A stretch of 64,000 bases of DNA from Armatimonadota bacterium (GCA_046292385.1 JBKBRF010000017.1:1-64000); one strand, 5' to 3'; numbered from the stretch's first letter, positions 18,209 through 28,804 are shown. A program made the numbers and translations. Notes: generated from the sequence alone by a model not told the origin.

Positions 18209-21200
18209 CTACTGCTTGTAGTGCTGAAATGGGAGATTCTCAAGTCCGAATTCCTCCATCATTTCCATTACCTTTGACCATATTTCATCGTGGGTAGCAT
18301 TCGGATTGGCGTCTCTGAAGCGCTTCCACTCGCTGTTCCACCAACCCCCACGACCGCTGCCGCGCCCGCCACCGTGTAGTACCTTGTGCCATTCGCGAGG
18401 AAGTTGGACGGTGAAGTGATCGATATCGATGCCTCGACCTGCAAACCAGGACCTCTGAAACTGCGGGAAAACGTGATGCAGCGGGTCGCAATTGTTGTGA
18501 ACCCATAGTCCGCCCGCGTAGTAAGTATGGGTATTCTCTACCTCAAAATTGTAGACGATGAACTCGCCCTTGCGGGACGAGGTGCGCGCCACTCTCACTG
18601 AATGGCCACTGGCATCCCGTAGGAGGTCGCTCCGGGCTAGTCTCCTTGCGGCGACGAAGCCTTTGCCCTCGACCCAGAATGGGTGTTCGCCCGTGGCTTC
18701 GATGACATGGCCATCCTCCATCGTGATGGTGAATAGCTCGTCGGCCTGTCGTTTGAACGTCCGTACGACCGCCTGGTAACTCTGCTCGCCCGATGCCGGG
18801 TCCGCAGAGAGAACCTCATCACCCGCCTTGATCTTCTCGATCGGCTTCTGGCCCCGATCAGTGATGATGAGTGTTCCCGCTGGGAAACAACTGGTGCGTC
18901 CAACCCGTGTCAGAGTGCCTATATCACCAATGGAACCCAGTGCCGGTGCGACCGAGATCACCCCTGTAATTGTGCGGGCTACGCGTTCGCCGGTGCTGAG
19001 CCGACAGCCGAATACGTTGTACCCTGCCGCCCCAGTGATCAGATCATAGCCCGGCATCAGGGCTCCGAAGGTCCCCTCGAAGGTGTTCATCGCCAGGCGC
19101 ACGCCGTCCGGCTCCACCAGGGACATCCGGCTGGAGTAGAGATTGTCGAACGCCGGGCTGCCGTCGTCGTCGTAGATCGGGGAGAGGCCGGAGGGGTCCC
19201 GGAGGTTGACCGGGTTGTTGCCGACGTAGGCGTAGAGGTTGACGCCGGCGGCGAGACCGGCCGGGTCCGGGCTCATGAAGCGGCCCCACTCCGGCGCGTA
19301 GTAGCGCGCGCGGTAGAAGTAGAGGCCAGTGCCGTCGTTCTCGCGGCCGGTGTACTGGTACGGGCTCGTCGTGCCGTTGGCGCCGCTCTCCCCGAAGGGG
19401 CCGTACTGGTAGCTCCGGACTACGGAGCCGGAGCCGTTGGTCACCGTGCGGACGCTCCGCTGGTGGTCGGTGGTGAAGTACTCTCCGTTGCGCGCCAGCG
19501 GCGTGTCGATTCCCGTGCCGTGGAGCGTCTGGGCGGTGCCGCTGCCGGTGATCTCGCTGACCAGGTTTTGGCCATCGTAGAGGAACGAGGTGCCGGCGCC
19601 GTTCACCGTCTTCGCGGTGCGGCGGCCGGCCACGTCGTAGCCGAACGTGGCGGTCAGGTTGGGGCGGGTGAGCGAAGTGAGCCGCCCGCGCACGTCCCAC
19701 CCGTAGGTGTCGTTCCCGTACGAGGTCACGCGCCCGTTGGCGTCCAGCCCCACCGGCGCGCCGTTCACCGCCGTCATCCGGTTGGCGACGTCGTAGGTGT
19801 AGCCGGTGGTGGTGCCGTTCAGCGTTTGGGAGAGGCGGTTGCCCAGCCAGTCGTAGGTCCAGGAGTACGCCGCCCCGGGACCCGTCGCGCTGGTGAGCCG
19901 GTAGAGGTCGTCGTAGCCGTAGGTCCAGGTGCTCCCGTTCGCGGTGTGCTGCGTGATGTTGCCCACGCCGTCCCGGGTGTAGCTGTGGCTATCCAGGGTA
20001 GTGCCGCTGCGTACCGCGGTGAGGGTCTGCAGGCGCCCAGCGTTGTCGTAGACCCGGTTGACGCTGACTCCGTTGGGCAGGTTGTCCTGGGTACGGCGGC
20101 CGGCGCCGTCATACACGAAGAATGCGGTGAGCCCGTTCTGCGTGATGGAGCTCAACTGGTCGGTCGGGCTGTAACCGTAGGTGACCGTCCCCTGGCCCGG
20201 CACCTGCAGGCTCGTGCGGCGGCCCAGGTTGTCCAGGGCCCAGGAGACGGTGCCGTGCGGTCCCGCCTCCGCGGTCACCCGGCCGAGCGGATCCCGGGTG
20301 TAGGTGTAGCTGCCGCCCACGCTATCCACGAGGCTGGAGAGCAGGTGCGTGGTGGCGTCGTAGTTCAGCGTGATCGTCGACTCGACCGTCCCGTTGGCCC
20401 GCTTGTAGGTGACTCCAGTTAGCCGGTCTCCCGTGCCGAAGCTGTAGACCGCCTTCTGCCCCAGGTGGTCGGTCTTGGAGGTCGGGTTCCCATTTGCGTC
20501 CCAGGTCACCAGCGTGGACTGGTTCAGCGGGTTGGTGGCGCGGGTGACGCGCCCCATGCTGTCGTAACCCCAGCTCCACGTTCGCCCGGCCGCGTCCAGG
20601 ATCTGGGTGAGATCGCCCTCGTTGTTGTAAGTGAAGCTGGTGGTGGCGGAGGCGGTGCCGCGGAATTGCTTGACCGAGGTCACCTGGTCCATCGCGTTGT
20701 AGGTCGCCTCGGCGCGCTTGCCGTTCGCATCCTGCACCGCGATGAGGCGCCAGAACGAGTCGTAGGTGAAGACGCTCTGCTCGTTTCGCAGGTTGGTCGC
20801 GGTCAGCACCTGTCCGTTGGCGCCGTGCGTGTAGGTGACCTTGCGGCTGGTCGGGTCGGTCACGGAGAGCAGGTCGCCGTCGGTGTCCCACGCAAAGGTG
20901 GTGGTCTGGTTGCGGGCGTCGGTTACGGCAGTGACGTTCCCGGTGTTGTAGTCGACCGTCGCCTGCCAGACCCGGTTCAGCGGGTCGGTCACCGAGGTGA
21001 CCCGGTGCCACTTCGAGTCGTAGGTGGCCTGGGTGGTCACGGTGCCGCCGGTGGCGGTGGGACTGGTGACGGAGAGCAGGTTGCCCGTGGCGTGGTCCCA
21101 GTTGAACTGGGCCGTGCGGTTCTGATCGTCGGTGATCGAGGTGACCAGCCGGGTCGAGCCGCCCCGGGTAAAGGTCGTCGCCCGCCCGAGCGGGTCGATG

Positions 21201-22357
21201 ATCTTGTTGATGCTGTAGCCCGGCGTCGCCTGGTTCCAGGTGAACTCGTACTTGGTGACGTTGCCGCGGGAGTCGGTCACCGTGGTGGTGCCGGACTGGC
21301 CGGGCGCCGGCGGGTAGCTGGCGGTGATGTAGCCGTTGTCGGGGAACGTCTGCTTGATTACCCGGCCCTGACTATCGTATTGGTTCCAGATCCGGTTCAC
21401 GCCGTTCCGGCTGATCCCTAGAATCAGCGGGAGGGTTTGGCCGTCGTTTCGGGTGTACTGTGTCCAGCCATAACCGGTCGACACACCCATCGGATCGGTC
21501 ACGCTGTAGAGGGTCCGGTTCAGGTTGTAAACAAACGACCAAGTCTTGGTCGGGTAACTCGAACCCTTGATCGTCACTTTCTCCAGCAGGCCGTCGAAGC
21601 TGCCGTGATCATCATTGGGGCCGAAGGAGTTCTGGTAGTATTGGAGCGTAACGCTTCCCTGGCTGACTCCATTAGTCCACTGCTGGAGGCTGGTCGGATA
21701 GTAGGGAACCAGAGCATTCGTGTATCCGATTTGAACAAAGTTACCGAACCGGTCGACGATCTTTCGCAGTACGCCGTAGTTGGCGAATTCAAAGGTCGCG
21801 CCGGATTTCCACTTCAGGTAGTACTTGGTGGCCGCATTCGGACTGTTGTCCACCGTGAGCGTAGCGCCCAACAACTCGGGATCGGTCGTACACTTGTAGT
21901 AGGAATAGCCACTCGGATAAGTTACCTGCGTGTCGAACACGAAGTGGCGATGCCCGGGGGTGCGGAGCTCGAATCTGTTCGGATTGCCGTTCCACTTGCG
22001 GATCAGGAATTGCGTGGAGAGCGTGGTCCCCACGCCGAGCGGTCCCTCCGTGGCATTCTGGGACTGCATCTGCCAACCGAGCGTGATCGGGATCCGTCCC
22101 GGGAGCTGCGCCAGGATTTCGTTCGTCTGGAACGCCCCGCTCGCCACGTCCACCGGGTCCCCGAAGCTCTGGCCGCCCGTCCCGAGGTACGGCGCGTTGC
22201 AGGTGCACCCCGTCGTGGCGTAGCTTCCGACCAGCCCCCGCATCAGGCGGCCGCGGACCTCGATCAGGTCGGTAGGGGCCAGCAAGCTGACCAGACCCAG
22301 CAGCAGGAGGACTACCAGTCCCAGGTGCAGGTTCTTGCTCGGAGATCGGCCAGCCAT
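18209..22357 (-). CDS. RHS/YD-repeat polymorphic toxin with HINT domain and DUF2380-like C-terminal toxin
   Basis: GDPVDVASG (DUF6531-like), YD repeats, YAYVGNNPVNLRDPSGL, SCFPAGT...VYNFEVENTHTYY...VHN HINT, HHVFPQ...H..LH...WN.EW..F tip. Confidence 0.93.
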   Translation of the reverse strand: MAGRSPSKNLHLGLVVLLLLGLVSLLAPTDLIEVRGRLMRGLVGSYATTGCTCNAPYLGTGGQSFGDPVDVASGAFQTNEILAQLPGRIPITLGWQMQSQNATEGPLGVGTTLSTQFLIRKWNGNPNRFELRTPGHRHFVFDTQVTYPSGYSYYKCTTDPELLGATLTVDNSPNAATKYYLKWKSGATFEFANYGVLRKIVDRFGNFVQIGYTNALVPYYPTSLQQWTNGVSQGSVTLQYYQNSFGPNDDHGSFDGLLEKVTIKGSSYPTKTWSFVYNLNRTLYSVTDPMGVSTGYGWTQYTRNDGQTLPLILGISRNGVNRIWNQYDSQGRVIKQTFPDNGYITASYPPAPGQSGTTTVTDSRGNVTKYEFTWNQATPGYSINKIIDPLGRATTFTRGGSTRLVTSITDDQNRTAQFNWDHATGNLLSVTSPTATGGTVTTQATYDSKWHRVTSVTDPLNRVWQATVDYNTGNVTAVTDARNQTTTFAWDTDGDLLSVTDPTSRKVTYTHGANGQVLTATNLRNEQSVFTYDSFWRLIAVQDANGKRAEATYNAMDQVTSVKQFRGTASATTSFTYNNEGDLTQILDAAGRTWSWGYDSMGRVTRATNPLNQSTLVTWDANGNPTSKTDHLGQKAVYSFGTGDRLTGVTYKRANGTVESTITLNYDATTHLLSSLVDSVGGSYTYTRDPLGRVTAEAGPHGTVSWALDNLGRRTSLQVPGQGTVTYGYSPTDQLSSITQNGLTAFFVYDGAGRRTQDNLPNGVSVNRVYDNAGRLQTLTAVRSGTTLDSHSYTRDGVGNITQHTANGSTWTYGYDDLYRLTSATGPGAAYSWTYDWLGNRLSQTLNGTTTGYTYDVANRMTAVNGAPVGLDANGRVTSYGNDTYGWDVRGRLTSLTRPNLTATFGYDVAGRRTAKTVNGAGTSFLYDGQNLVSEITGSGTAQTLHGTGIDTPLARNGEYFTTDHQRSVRTVTNGSGSVVRSYQYGPFGESGANGTTSPYQYTGRENDGTGLYFYRARYYAPEWGRFMSPDPAGLAAGVNLYAYVGNNPVNLRDPSGLSPIYDDDGSPAFDNLYSSRMSLVEPDGVRLAMNTFEGTFGALMPGYDLITGAAGYNVFGCRLSTGERVARTITGVISVAPALGSIGDIGTLTRVGRTSCFPAGTLIITDRGQKPIEKIKAGDEVLSADPASGEQSYQAVVRTFKRQADELFTITMEDGHVIEATGEHPFWVEGKGFVAARRLARSDLLRDASGHSVRVARTSSRKGEFIVYNFEVENTHTYYAGGLWVHNNCDPLHHVFPQFQRSWFAGRGIDIDHFTVQLPREWHKVLHGGGRGSGRGGWWNSEWKRFRDANPNATHDEIWSKVMEMMEEFGLENLPFQHYKQ

Positions 22358-22749
22358 GGGGTACCTCGGGGGCGGAATCGGTGCGAATGCTTTTACTTTC
22401 GCAAGGTTTCAGTGAACGTTGCCAGCGGACGTTTGACGCCAATCGCTCCTTTCCCTCCAGTCAGAAACATTATTTTTTATCTCTTGTAACTTGACGTATG
22501 TTCACTCTGCGTGGAGGGATGCGAGTGGTTGCTCGGTCGTGAGGCGGGAGGGCTCCTGCGGCCGGGCGGCTAACCGCCTTCCGAAGGGGGGGCCCTCGAT
22601 GCCGTTCCCTCTTGCCCAAAAGCCGGGGGAGCCAGGGCAATTCTCCGGCCAGCGATCGACTCGCCGGCTCCAGAGGCTCGGAATTCATCCCTCATCGTTC
22701 ATCCCGCATCCCTCCCGAAGGGGCCTGTCGGAAACAGGAGACTTAGCGC

Positions 22750-23511
22750 ATGGACCTGACCGGTAAAGTAGTGATCGTGACGGGCGCGGCCTCGGGGATC
22801 GGGGCGGAGATCGTGCGGCTGTTCCTGGAGGCGGGGGCGCGCCTGGTGGCGGTCGATCTCGACCCGCGGCTGCAAGCCTCCACGGAGGAGCTGACGGCAC
22901 GCTATCCGGAGCGGCTGCGGTGTGTGGTCGGCGACGTCTCGCAGGAGGCGACCGCGCTGGCGTACACGCGAGAGGCGCTGGAGGCGTTCGGGCGGATCGA
23001 CGTGATGATCAACAACGCGGCGGTGGCGTGCGTCAAGCCGATCGCGGACCACACCCCGGAAGAGTGGGACCGGGTGATGAACGTCAACGTCAAGTCGCTC
23101 TACTGGTCCGCCCGCTGCGTCGTCCCGGAGATGAAGAAGAGCGGCGGCGGGCTGTTCCTCAACACCGGCTCGATCTCGTCCGTGGTCGGGATGCCGCTGC
23201 AGGGCGCCTACGCTCCGTCCAAGGGCGCCGTCATCCAGATCACGCGGCAGATGGCGGTGGAGTACGCGGCGGACGGCATCCGCGCCAACGCGGTCTGCCC
23301 GGGCACGGTCGACACCCCGCTGGTGCGCAAGGCCGCGGAAGACTCCGGCGACGCGGCGGCGTTCATGGACTCGCTGGAGAGCGGTCACCCGATCGGCCGG
23401 ATCGCCAGCGCGGAAGAAGTGGCGCGCTTCTACCTCTTCCTCGCCTCCGACCACGCCCGGTTCTTCACCGGCGCCGTCCTGATGATCGACGGCGGCTACA
23501 CCGCCCAGTAG
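22750..23511 (+). CDS. SDR family oxidoreductase
   Basis: TGAASGIG, NNAA, YAPSK, NAVCPG. Confidence 0.93.
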   Translation: MDLTGKVVIVTGAASGIGAEIVRLFLEAGARLVAVDLDPRLQASTEELTARYPERLRCVVGDVSQEATALAYTREALEAFGRIDVMINNAAVACVKPIADHTPEEWDRVMNVNVKSLYWSARCVVPEMKKSGGGLFLNTGSISSVVGMPLQGAYAPSKGAVIQITRQMAVEYAADGIRANAVCPGTVDTPLVRKAAEDSGDAAAFMDSLESGHPIGRIASAEEVARFYLFLASDHARFFTGAVLMIDGGYTAQ

Positions 23512-23589
23512 CGTCGCCCGTCTGAGGCGGAGCGAGACGGTTCGTGTGCGGGCGGTTCGGCTTTTGCCCCCCGTTCGGGGGGTGAACCT

Positions 23590-24681
23590 TTAGCCTTCTG
23601 CCTTTAGCCTTTGGAAGATCCACCCGTACGCCGCCTCCCGCGTCTCCTGCGGCCAGTCGTGGCCGGCGTCCGGGTAGAGGGCGGAGAGACGGTCCGCGGC
23701 GCCGTAGAGGCGGTAGACCGGCTCCGCGGCGCTCATCACCTCTCGCACGCCCTGGACGTCGAAGTTGCTGTCGTGGAGCGGGGCGCAGGCTAGGAAGGCG
23801 CGGGGCGCGAGCGTGGCGACGACCTCGTGGAAGTCGAACGGCATCTTTTCCGGCGTGGGGAAATCGGTGCGGATGCGCGGCATGTAGGCGGGACCGGTCC
23901 AGCCGGTCAGATTGCCGCCGTAGTACCGCGGGAAGGCGGTAAAGCCGCAGCTGGAGGCGAGCGCGCGGATGCGGCGGTCGAACGCCGCGGTGAAGAGCGT
24001 GTTGTGCCCTCCGAGGGAATGGCCGAGACAGGCAATTCGCTTTCCGTCGACCTCCGGCAGCGACTGGAGCAGGTCGGTCGCGCGCATGTTGTCCCAGATC
24101 GCCTTCATGCTGCCGCTCTGCCAGCCGCGGGCATAGACGTCGATCTTGTGGTCGGCGAAGCTCGGGTAATCGGGGGCCAGCACCACGAACCCGCGCTCCG
24201 CGAGCTCCTTTCCGTAGTGCAGGCTCGGCGCGCCGCCGAGGCCGACCGGCTCCGATTTGCCGATCGGCACCGTCTGGTGCAGGCAGAGCGCGGCGGGGGC
24301 GCGGCCGCGGCGCTCCTTCGGGAGTAGCAGGTAGGCCGGGACCCGCTCTCCCGGCGCCGAGGCAAAGCTGAGCTTCCGGCGGAGATAGCTCGGTGTCTCT
24401 TCTTCACCCTCGACACGAACGTCGAGCGGAACCCGGTGCTCCTTTCCCGGGAGCGGGCCCATCACCCGCTGCATGTTCAGCAGGATCTGCGCCCGGCGCT
24501 TCTCCCAGTCCGCCTTCGTCGTGATCCGGCGCTCGGGACCGTCGGGGATCTCCTTCAGCCGGAGGAGGTCGGAGCGGTCGGGGTAGACGGGCGTCTCCGC
24601 CCGGGCCTCGGAGGCGGCGAAGAGCGCGGCACCGGCGAACAGGAGCTGGCGGCGGCTTACGGATGGAGGCTGGCGGATCAC
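23590..24681 (-). CDS. Alpha/beta hydrolase (dienelactone hydrolase-like), Tat signal
   Basis: SRRQLL, CLHQT, GHSLGG. Confidence 0.85.
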   Translation of the reverse strand: MIRQPPSVSRRQLLFAGAALFAASEARAETPVYPDRSDLLRLKEIPDGPERRITTKADWEKRRAQILLNMQRVMGPLPGKEHRVPLDVRVEGEEETPSYLRRKLSFASAPGERVPAYLLLPKERRGRAPAALCLHQTVPIGKSEPVGLGGAPSLHYGKELAERGFVVLAPDYPSFADHKIDVYARGWQSGSMKAIWDNMRATDLLQSLPEVDGKRIACLGHSLGGHNTLFTAAFDRRIRALASSCGFTAFPRYYGGNLTGWTGPAYMPRIRTDFPTPEKMPFDFHEVVATLAPRAFLACAPLHDSNFDVQGVREVMSAAEPVYRLYGAADRLSALYPDAGHDWPQETREAAYGWIFQRLKAEG

Positions 24682-24699
24682 TCTGCGTCTCCCGTGCGA

Positions 24700-25137
24700 T
24701 CAGGATGCTTCGAGCTCCTCGAGCAGCTCCCGCACCTTCCGCTCGATCTCCGGCAGCGCTTCGTCCGCCGGGACCTCGTCTACGTCGCTCACGTGCCAGA
24801 ACCGGATCCGATTCTCCCACTCCGCGAAGTGGCGGACCACCATCGGCCGGTGCTCCGCTTCCTTGAGGGCGATGATCAGCCCGGCTCCCTGCAGGTCGGC
24901 ATCGGTGAGTGTCTGGCACTCCGGGCCGCACTGCTCCAGCGGAATGCCGCGCGCCTCCAGCGCCTGGCGCGCCAGCGGGGAGAGCCCCTTCTGCTGCGGC
25001 TTCAGGTTTAGCCCGCGGGAGAAGGCGCGCCAGGAGAGGCCGCGCTCCGCCGCGTGGTGGTTGAACACCGCCTCCGCGAAGCGGCTGCGGTAGAAGTTTC
25101 CGGTGCAGAGGAAGAGAACGGTGCGGGTCTGGGTCAA
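24700..25137 (-). CDS. Low molecular weight protein-tyrosine phosphatase family
   Basis: VLFLCTGNFYRSRFAEA P-loop; TTG start inferred. Confidence 0.85.
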   Translation of the reverse strand: MTQTRTVLFLCTGNFYRSRFAEAVFNHHAAERGLSWRAFSRGLNLKPQQKGLSPLARQALEARGIPLEQCGPECQTLTDADLQGAGLIIALKEAEHRPMVVRHFAEWENRIRFWHVSDVDEVPADEALPEIERKVRELLEELEAS

Positions 25138-25148
25138 CGGTCTGGCCT

Positions 25149-25829
25149 CTAGAGATAGTCTGCGAACGCGCGGCGGAATGCCTCCTTCCCACCGGTCGGC
25201 AGCCAGTCGCCGTGGGTGAGGAGCAGGCGGTCGAAGTCCCAGCTCTCGATCCGGCGGAGCGACGCCTGGGCGGCGGCGCGGTCCCGGACGGAGAGATCGA
25301 ACGAGCGGGAGCGGGAGACCTTTCCGAGCACCCCGAGCGCGCGGGCCCACAGACGGGTGCTCCAGGAGCGGTCCGCCGGGATGTTGAAGCAGAGGTCGGT
25401 CAGGATCAGGGTCCGGGTGGGGCGGTGGTAGAAGACCACCTCGTCGTAGAGGCGGCTGCCGCGGAAGACGTGCTGGTCCAGCACCTCGGCCCACCCCGGC
25501 TCCGGCTCGTCCCGCAGCAGCTCCGGCGCGAGCGCCTTCAGCTTCGGAAGCGAGCCGGGAACGGCGTAGACGCGCGCCCGCGGGTAAGCGCGGGCGTGCT
25601 CCGGCAGGTCCTCGTAGTGCATCCCGCTGGGGGAGATAAGGTACTCGACCGGTCCCAGCGCGTCGAGCTCCGCGCGCAGCTCCGGCGTCAGCGTCACCGG
25701 CGAGTGGAGGAAGAGGCCGCCCGCCGGCAGGCGGACCACCGTCATCCGCGCTCCGAACTCGAACCCCGCCTTCGAGGCCGGCGCGTCGGCGATCCAGAGG
25801 TCGGTCGCCAGGTTTCGCAGCGATGGCAT
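25149..25829 (-). CDS. DUF4336 family (MBL-like) protein
   Basis: RMTVVRL..GGLFLHSPV, EVVFYHRPTRTLILTDL, WDFDRLLLTHG. Confidence 0.85.
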   Translation of the reverse strand: MPSLRNLATDLWIADAPASKAGFEFGARMTVVRLPAGGLFLHSPVTLTPELRAELDALGPVEYLISPSGMHYEDLPEHARAYPRARVYAVPGSLPKLKALAPELLRDEPEPGWAEVLDQHVFRGSRLYDEVVFYHRPTRTLILTDLCFNIPADRSWSTRLWARALGVLGKVSRSRSFDLSVRDRAAAQASLRRIESWDFDRLLLTHGDWLPTGGKEAFRRAFADYL

Positions 25830-25933
25830 CGGTGGTCGCTCCTCTTTCCAACCTGGATAAGTATGGCGTGCCGCACGGGAAAGAGGCAGGCGCTCGGAGG
25901 GCGGGGGACGCGCCGGTCCGTGCGAGGCGCGGC

Positions 25934-25962
25934 TTGACGTGCCTGGGGAGCGGCGATACCCT
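25934..25962 (+). promoter_or_regulatory. Putative sigma70 promoter for the dehydrogenase E1 gene
   Basis: TTGACG-N17-TACCCT. Confidence 0.45.
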
Positions 25963-26099
25963 TAGAATGGCAACCGTGTCGATATTGCGCGGCGACCCTC
26001 CGCCTGCGGGCGAGGGCCCCGACCCCTTTTCCGGCGAGACCCGACCTCCGGGGTCCCGCCTTCGGCCGTGTTCTTGCGGTGCGGCCGCCCCGAGGCATC

Positions 26100-28358
26100 A
26101 TGATCACCGATTCCCAGTTGGAGCAGCTCGCGAGGCCCTCTCTGGCCGAACAAGTGCGGGCGGGAAAGTACACCCGTGAGGAGCTGGCGGACTACCTGCG
26201 CACGATGTGTGAGATCCGCGAGTTCGAAGACGGGCTCTACAACCTCTACCGTGCGGGCAAGCTGCGCGGCGCCACCCACATGTCCGCGGGCCAGGAAGCG
26301 GTCCCCACCGGCGCCGTCGCCGCCATCACCCGCAAAGACCTGATCGCCAGCACCCACCGCGGCCACGGCCACTGCGGCGCGATGGGGAACCTCTGGGCGG
26401 ACAACTCCGAGGAGCGCCAGGCGCACTGGAACGCGATGATGGCCGAGCTGTTCGGCCGCTCCACCGGTTACTGCCGGGGCCGCGGCGGCTCCATGCACAT
26501 CGCGGACGTGGAGAAGGGCAACCTGGGCGCCACCGGCATCGTGGCGGGGAACCTCCCGGTCGCCACCGGCGCGGCGCTGGCGGAGAACCTGAAGGGCAGC
26601 GACAGCGTGGTGCTCTGCTTCTTCGGAGACGGCGCCACCAACACCGGCGCGTTCCACGAAGCGCTGAACATGGGCGCCTCGCTCTTTTGCGGGCTGCCGG
26701 TGATCTACATCTGCGAGAACAACATGTACGGCATGTCCGTGCCGTTCAACCAGAGCTCGATCGAGGGTCTGCACTGCGCCTCCAAGATCGACAACATCGC
26801 CGCGCGCGCCGCCGCCTACCCGATGCCGGGCGTGATCGTCGACGGGCAGGACGTGCTGGCGGTGAGGACGGCGGTGGAAGAGGCGGTGGAGCGCGCCCGC
26901 ACCGGCGGCGGCCCCACCCTGATCGAGGCCCGGACCTACCGCTACTACGGCCACAGCCTGAGCGACGCCCGCGCCTACCGCACCCGCGACGAAGAGCGGC
27001 AGTGGCGCGACCGGGACCCGATCGACGTCTTCGCGCGGAAGCTGGTCGACAGCGAGCTCTTCACCCAGGAAGAGGTCGACGCGATCAAGGCGGAAGCGAA
27101 GGCGACGATCGACGAGTCGATCCGCTTCGCCCTCGACAGCCCGCTCCCCGATCCGTCCGAGCTGCACGACAACGTCTACGTCGATCCGGACCCGGTGACG
27201 GTCGCCGCGCAGGTGAAGACGGAGCAGGAGCTCTGGAAGCGGGTGAAGCCGGCGGAGCAGGCGTTCTACCGGACGTTCCACGAGGCGACCGCCCAGGATC
27301 CGACGAACGTGCTCCCCAAGGTCGGCAAGGCGGAGCAGGAAGCGCTGCAGGCGGAGCACGGCATTCGCATCATCCCGATGGTCGAAGCGCTGCAGGAAGC
27401 GCACCGCGAGGAGATGCAGCGGGACGAGCGTGTGATCGTGCTGGGGGAAGACATCGGCATCTACGGCGGCGCTTACGGCGCCACCCGGGGCCTCTTCCAG
27501 GAGTTCGGCGCTCGCCGCGTGATCGATACCGCCATCTCCGAGGCGGCCGTGGTCGGCGCCGCCTGCGGGGCGGCGATGCGGGACCTCCGCCCGATCGCGG
27601 AGATCATGTACATCGACTTCATCACGATCGCCAGCAACCAGCTCGTCCACAACATCGCCTACAACCGCTACCAGTTCGGCGGCAAGATCAAGGTGCCGTG
27701 CGTGATCCGCACGGAAGGCGGTGTCGGCCGCTCCTTCGCGGCGACCCACAGCGAGAGCCTGGAAAGCTGGTTCATGCACATCCCCGGCCTCTACGTGGTG
27801 ATGCCGAGCACCCCGTACGACGCCAAGGGGCTCCTGAAGAGCTCGATCCGGGACGAGAACCCGGTCCTCTTCATCGAGCACAAGGAGATGTACGCCAAGG
27901 TGACCGGCCCCGTGCCGGAAGAGGAGTACCTGATCCCGCTCGGTGTGGCCGACGTGAAGCGACCCGGCAAGGACGTCACGATCGTCGCCTACAGCCGGAT
28001 GGTCCACTTCGCGCTCGCCGCCGCCGCCGCCCTGGAGCGGGACGGCATCTCCGCCGAGGTGATCGACCCCCGCACCCTCAACCCGCTCGACCTCCCCACG
28101 ATCGCCGAGTCGGTCCGCAAGACCGGCCGGCTGGTGATGGTGCAGGAGTGCTACCCGCGCGCCAGCGTGGGCGAGGACATCATCCGCCGGGTGATGGAAT
28201 ACCGGTTCGACAACGGCCGCACCGGCTTCAGCTACCTCGACGGCCCGCCGACCCTCCTCGCCGCCGCGGACACCCCCGTTCCGATGAGCGCGCCGCTGGA
28301 GGAAGCCGCGGTCCCGACCGTCGCCGGCATCGTCGAGGCCTGCCGCCGCCTGGCGTAG
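26100..28358 (+). CDS. 2-oxoacid (pyruvate/acetoin-type) dehydrogenase E1, fused alpha/beta subunits
   Basis: GQEAV, GRGGSMH, FGDGATN (TPP motif), YRYYGHS; beta part GEDIG, DTAISEA, HSESLE. Confidence 0.92.
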   Translation: MITDSQLEQLARPSLAEQVRAGKYTREELADYLRTMCEIREFEDGLYNLYRAGKLRGATHMSAGQEAVPTGAVAAITRKDLIASTHRGHGHCGAMGNLWADNSEERQAHWNAMMAELFGRSTGYCRGRGGSMHIADVEKGNLGATGIVAGNLPVATGAALAENLKGSDSVVLCFFGDGATNTGAFHEALNMGASLFCGLPVIYICENNMYGMSVPFNQSSIEGLHCASKIDNIAARAAAYPMPGVIVDGQDVLAVRTAVEEAVERARTGGGPTLIEARTYRYYGHSLSDARAYRTRDEERQWRDRDPIDVFARKLVDSELFTQEEVDAIKAEAKATIDESIRFALDSPLPDPSELHDNVYVDPDPVTVAAQVKTEQELWKRVKPAEQAFYRTFHEATAQDPTNVLPKVGKAEQEALQAEHGIRIIPMVEALQEAHREEMQRDERVIVLGEDIGIYGGAYGATRGLFQEFGARRVIDTAISEAAVVGAACGAAMRDLRPIAEIMYIDFITIASNQLVHNIAYNRYQFGGKIKVPCVIRTEGGVGRSFAATHSESLESWFMHIPGLYVVMPSTPYDAKGLLKSSIRDENPVLFIEHKEMYAKVTGPVPEEEYLIPLGVADVKRPGKDVTIVAYSRMVHFALAAAAALERDGISAEVIDPRTLNPLDLPTIAESVRKTGRLVMVQECYPRASVGEDIIRRVMEYRFDNGRTGFSYLDGPPTLLAAADTPVPMSAPLEEAAVPTVAGIVEACRRLA

Positions 28359-28465
28359 GCCGAAACGTAGCCGGTATTTGCCGGCGGGTACAGATCAGGG
28401 CGAGTGGGAGAGGCTGCAGCGCGCGGCCGGTCCCACTCGCCCCTTTTGCATGGAATGACACGCGG

Positions 28466-28804
28466 ATGGCAACCTACCGCGGAACCGTGCGAGGTGGAGC
28501 AATCGAGCTGGACGAGCCGATTCCCTTCAGCGAGGGACAGCGGATCACCGTTCAGGTCGACCTTCCAGCCGAGGAACTATCCGCTCGAGTCGAGGCGGCG
28601 CTCCGCGAGGAGTTCCCGCGTGACACGATCGACCTGGAGCCGGGGTACGGTGGGCGCGTCCGCGCGAAGATCGTGTCGCGCCGATTCAACGGCATGAGTG
28701 AGCGGGAGAAGCAGGCGTTCGTATGGGATCTGCTGCGCGCCCGCCTGGGAACCGAGAGCCAGGGCGTCACCTACGTGCTCGCCTACGGCACCGATGAGTT
28801 GTAG
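28466..28804 (+). CDS. Small protein: DUF104/antitoxin-like N-terminus plus BolA-like C-terminus
   Basis: YRGTVRGGAIELDEPIPFSEGQRITVQV followed by IVSRRFNGMSEREKQAFVWDLL. Confidence 0.65.
   Translation: MATYRGTVRGGAIELDEPIPFSEGQRITVQVDLPAEELSARVEAALREEFPRDTIDLEPGYGGRVRAKIVSRRFNGMSEREKQAFVWDLLRARLGTESQGVTYVLAYGTDEL

Noticed and set aside
26687..28465. Long alternative-frame and antisense ORFs here and elsewhere (e.g. 29020-31749, 2009-3478, 50194-52578)
   Set aside because: Arg/Pro/Gly-rich shadow ORFs typical of high-GC DNA, overlapping well-supported genes
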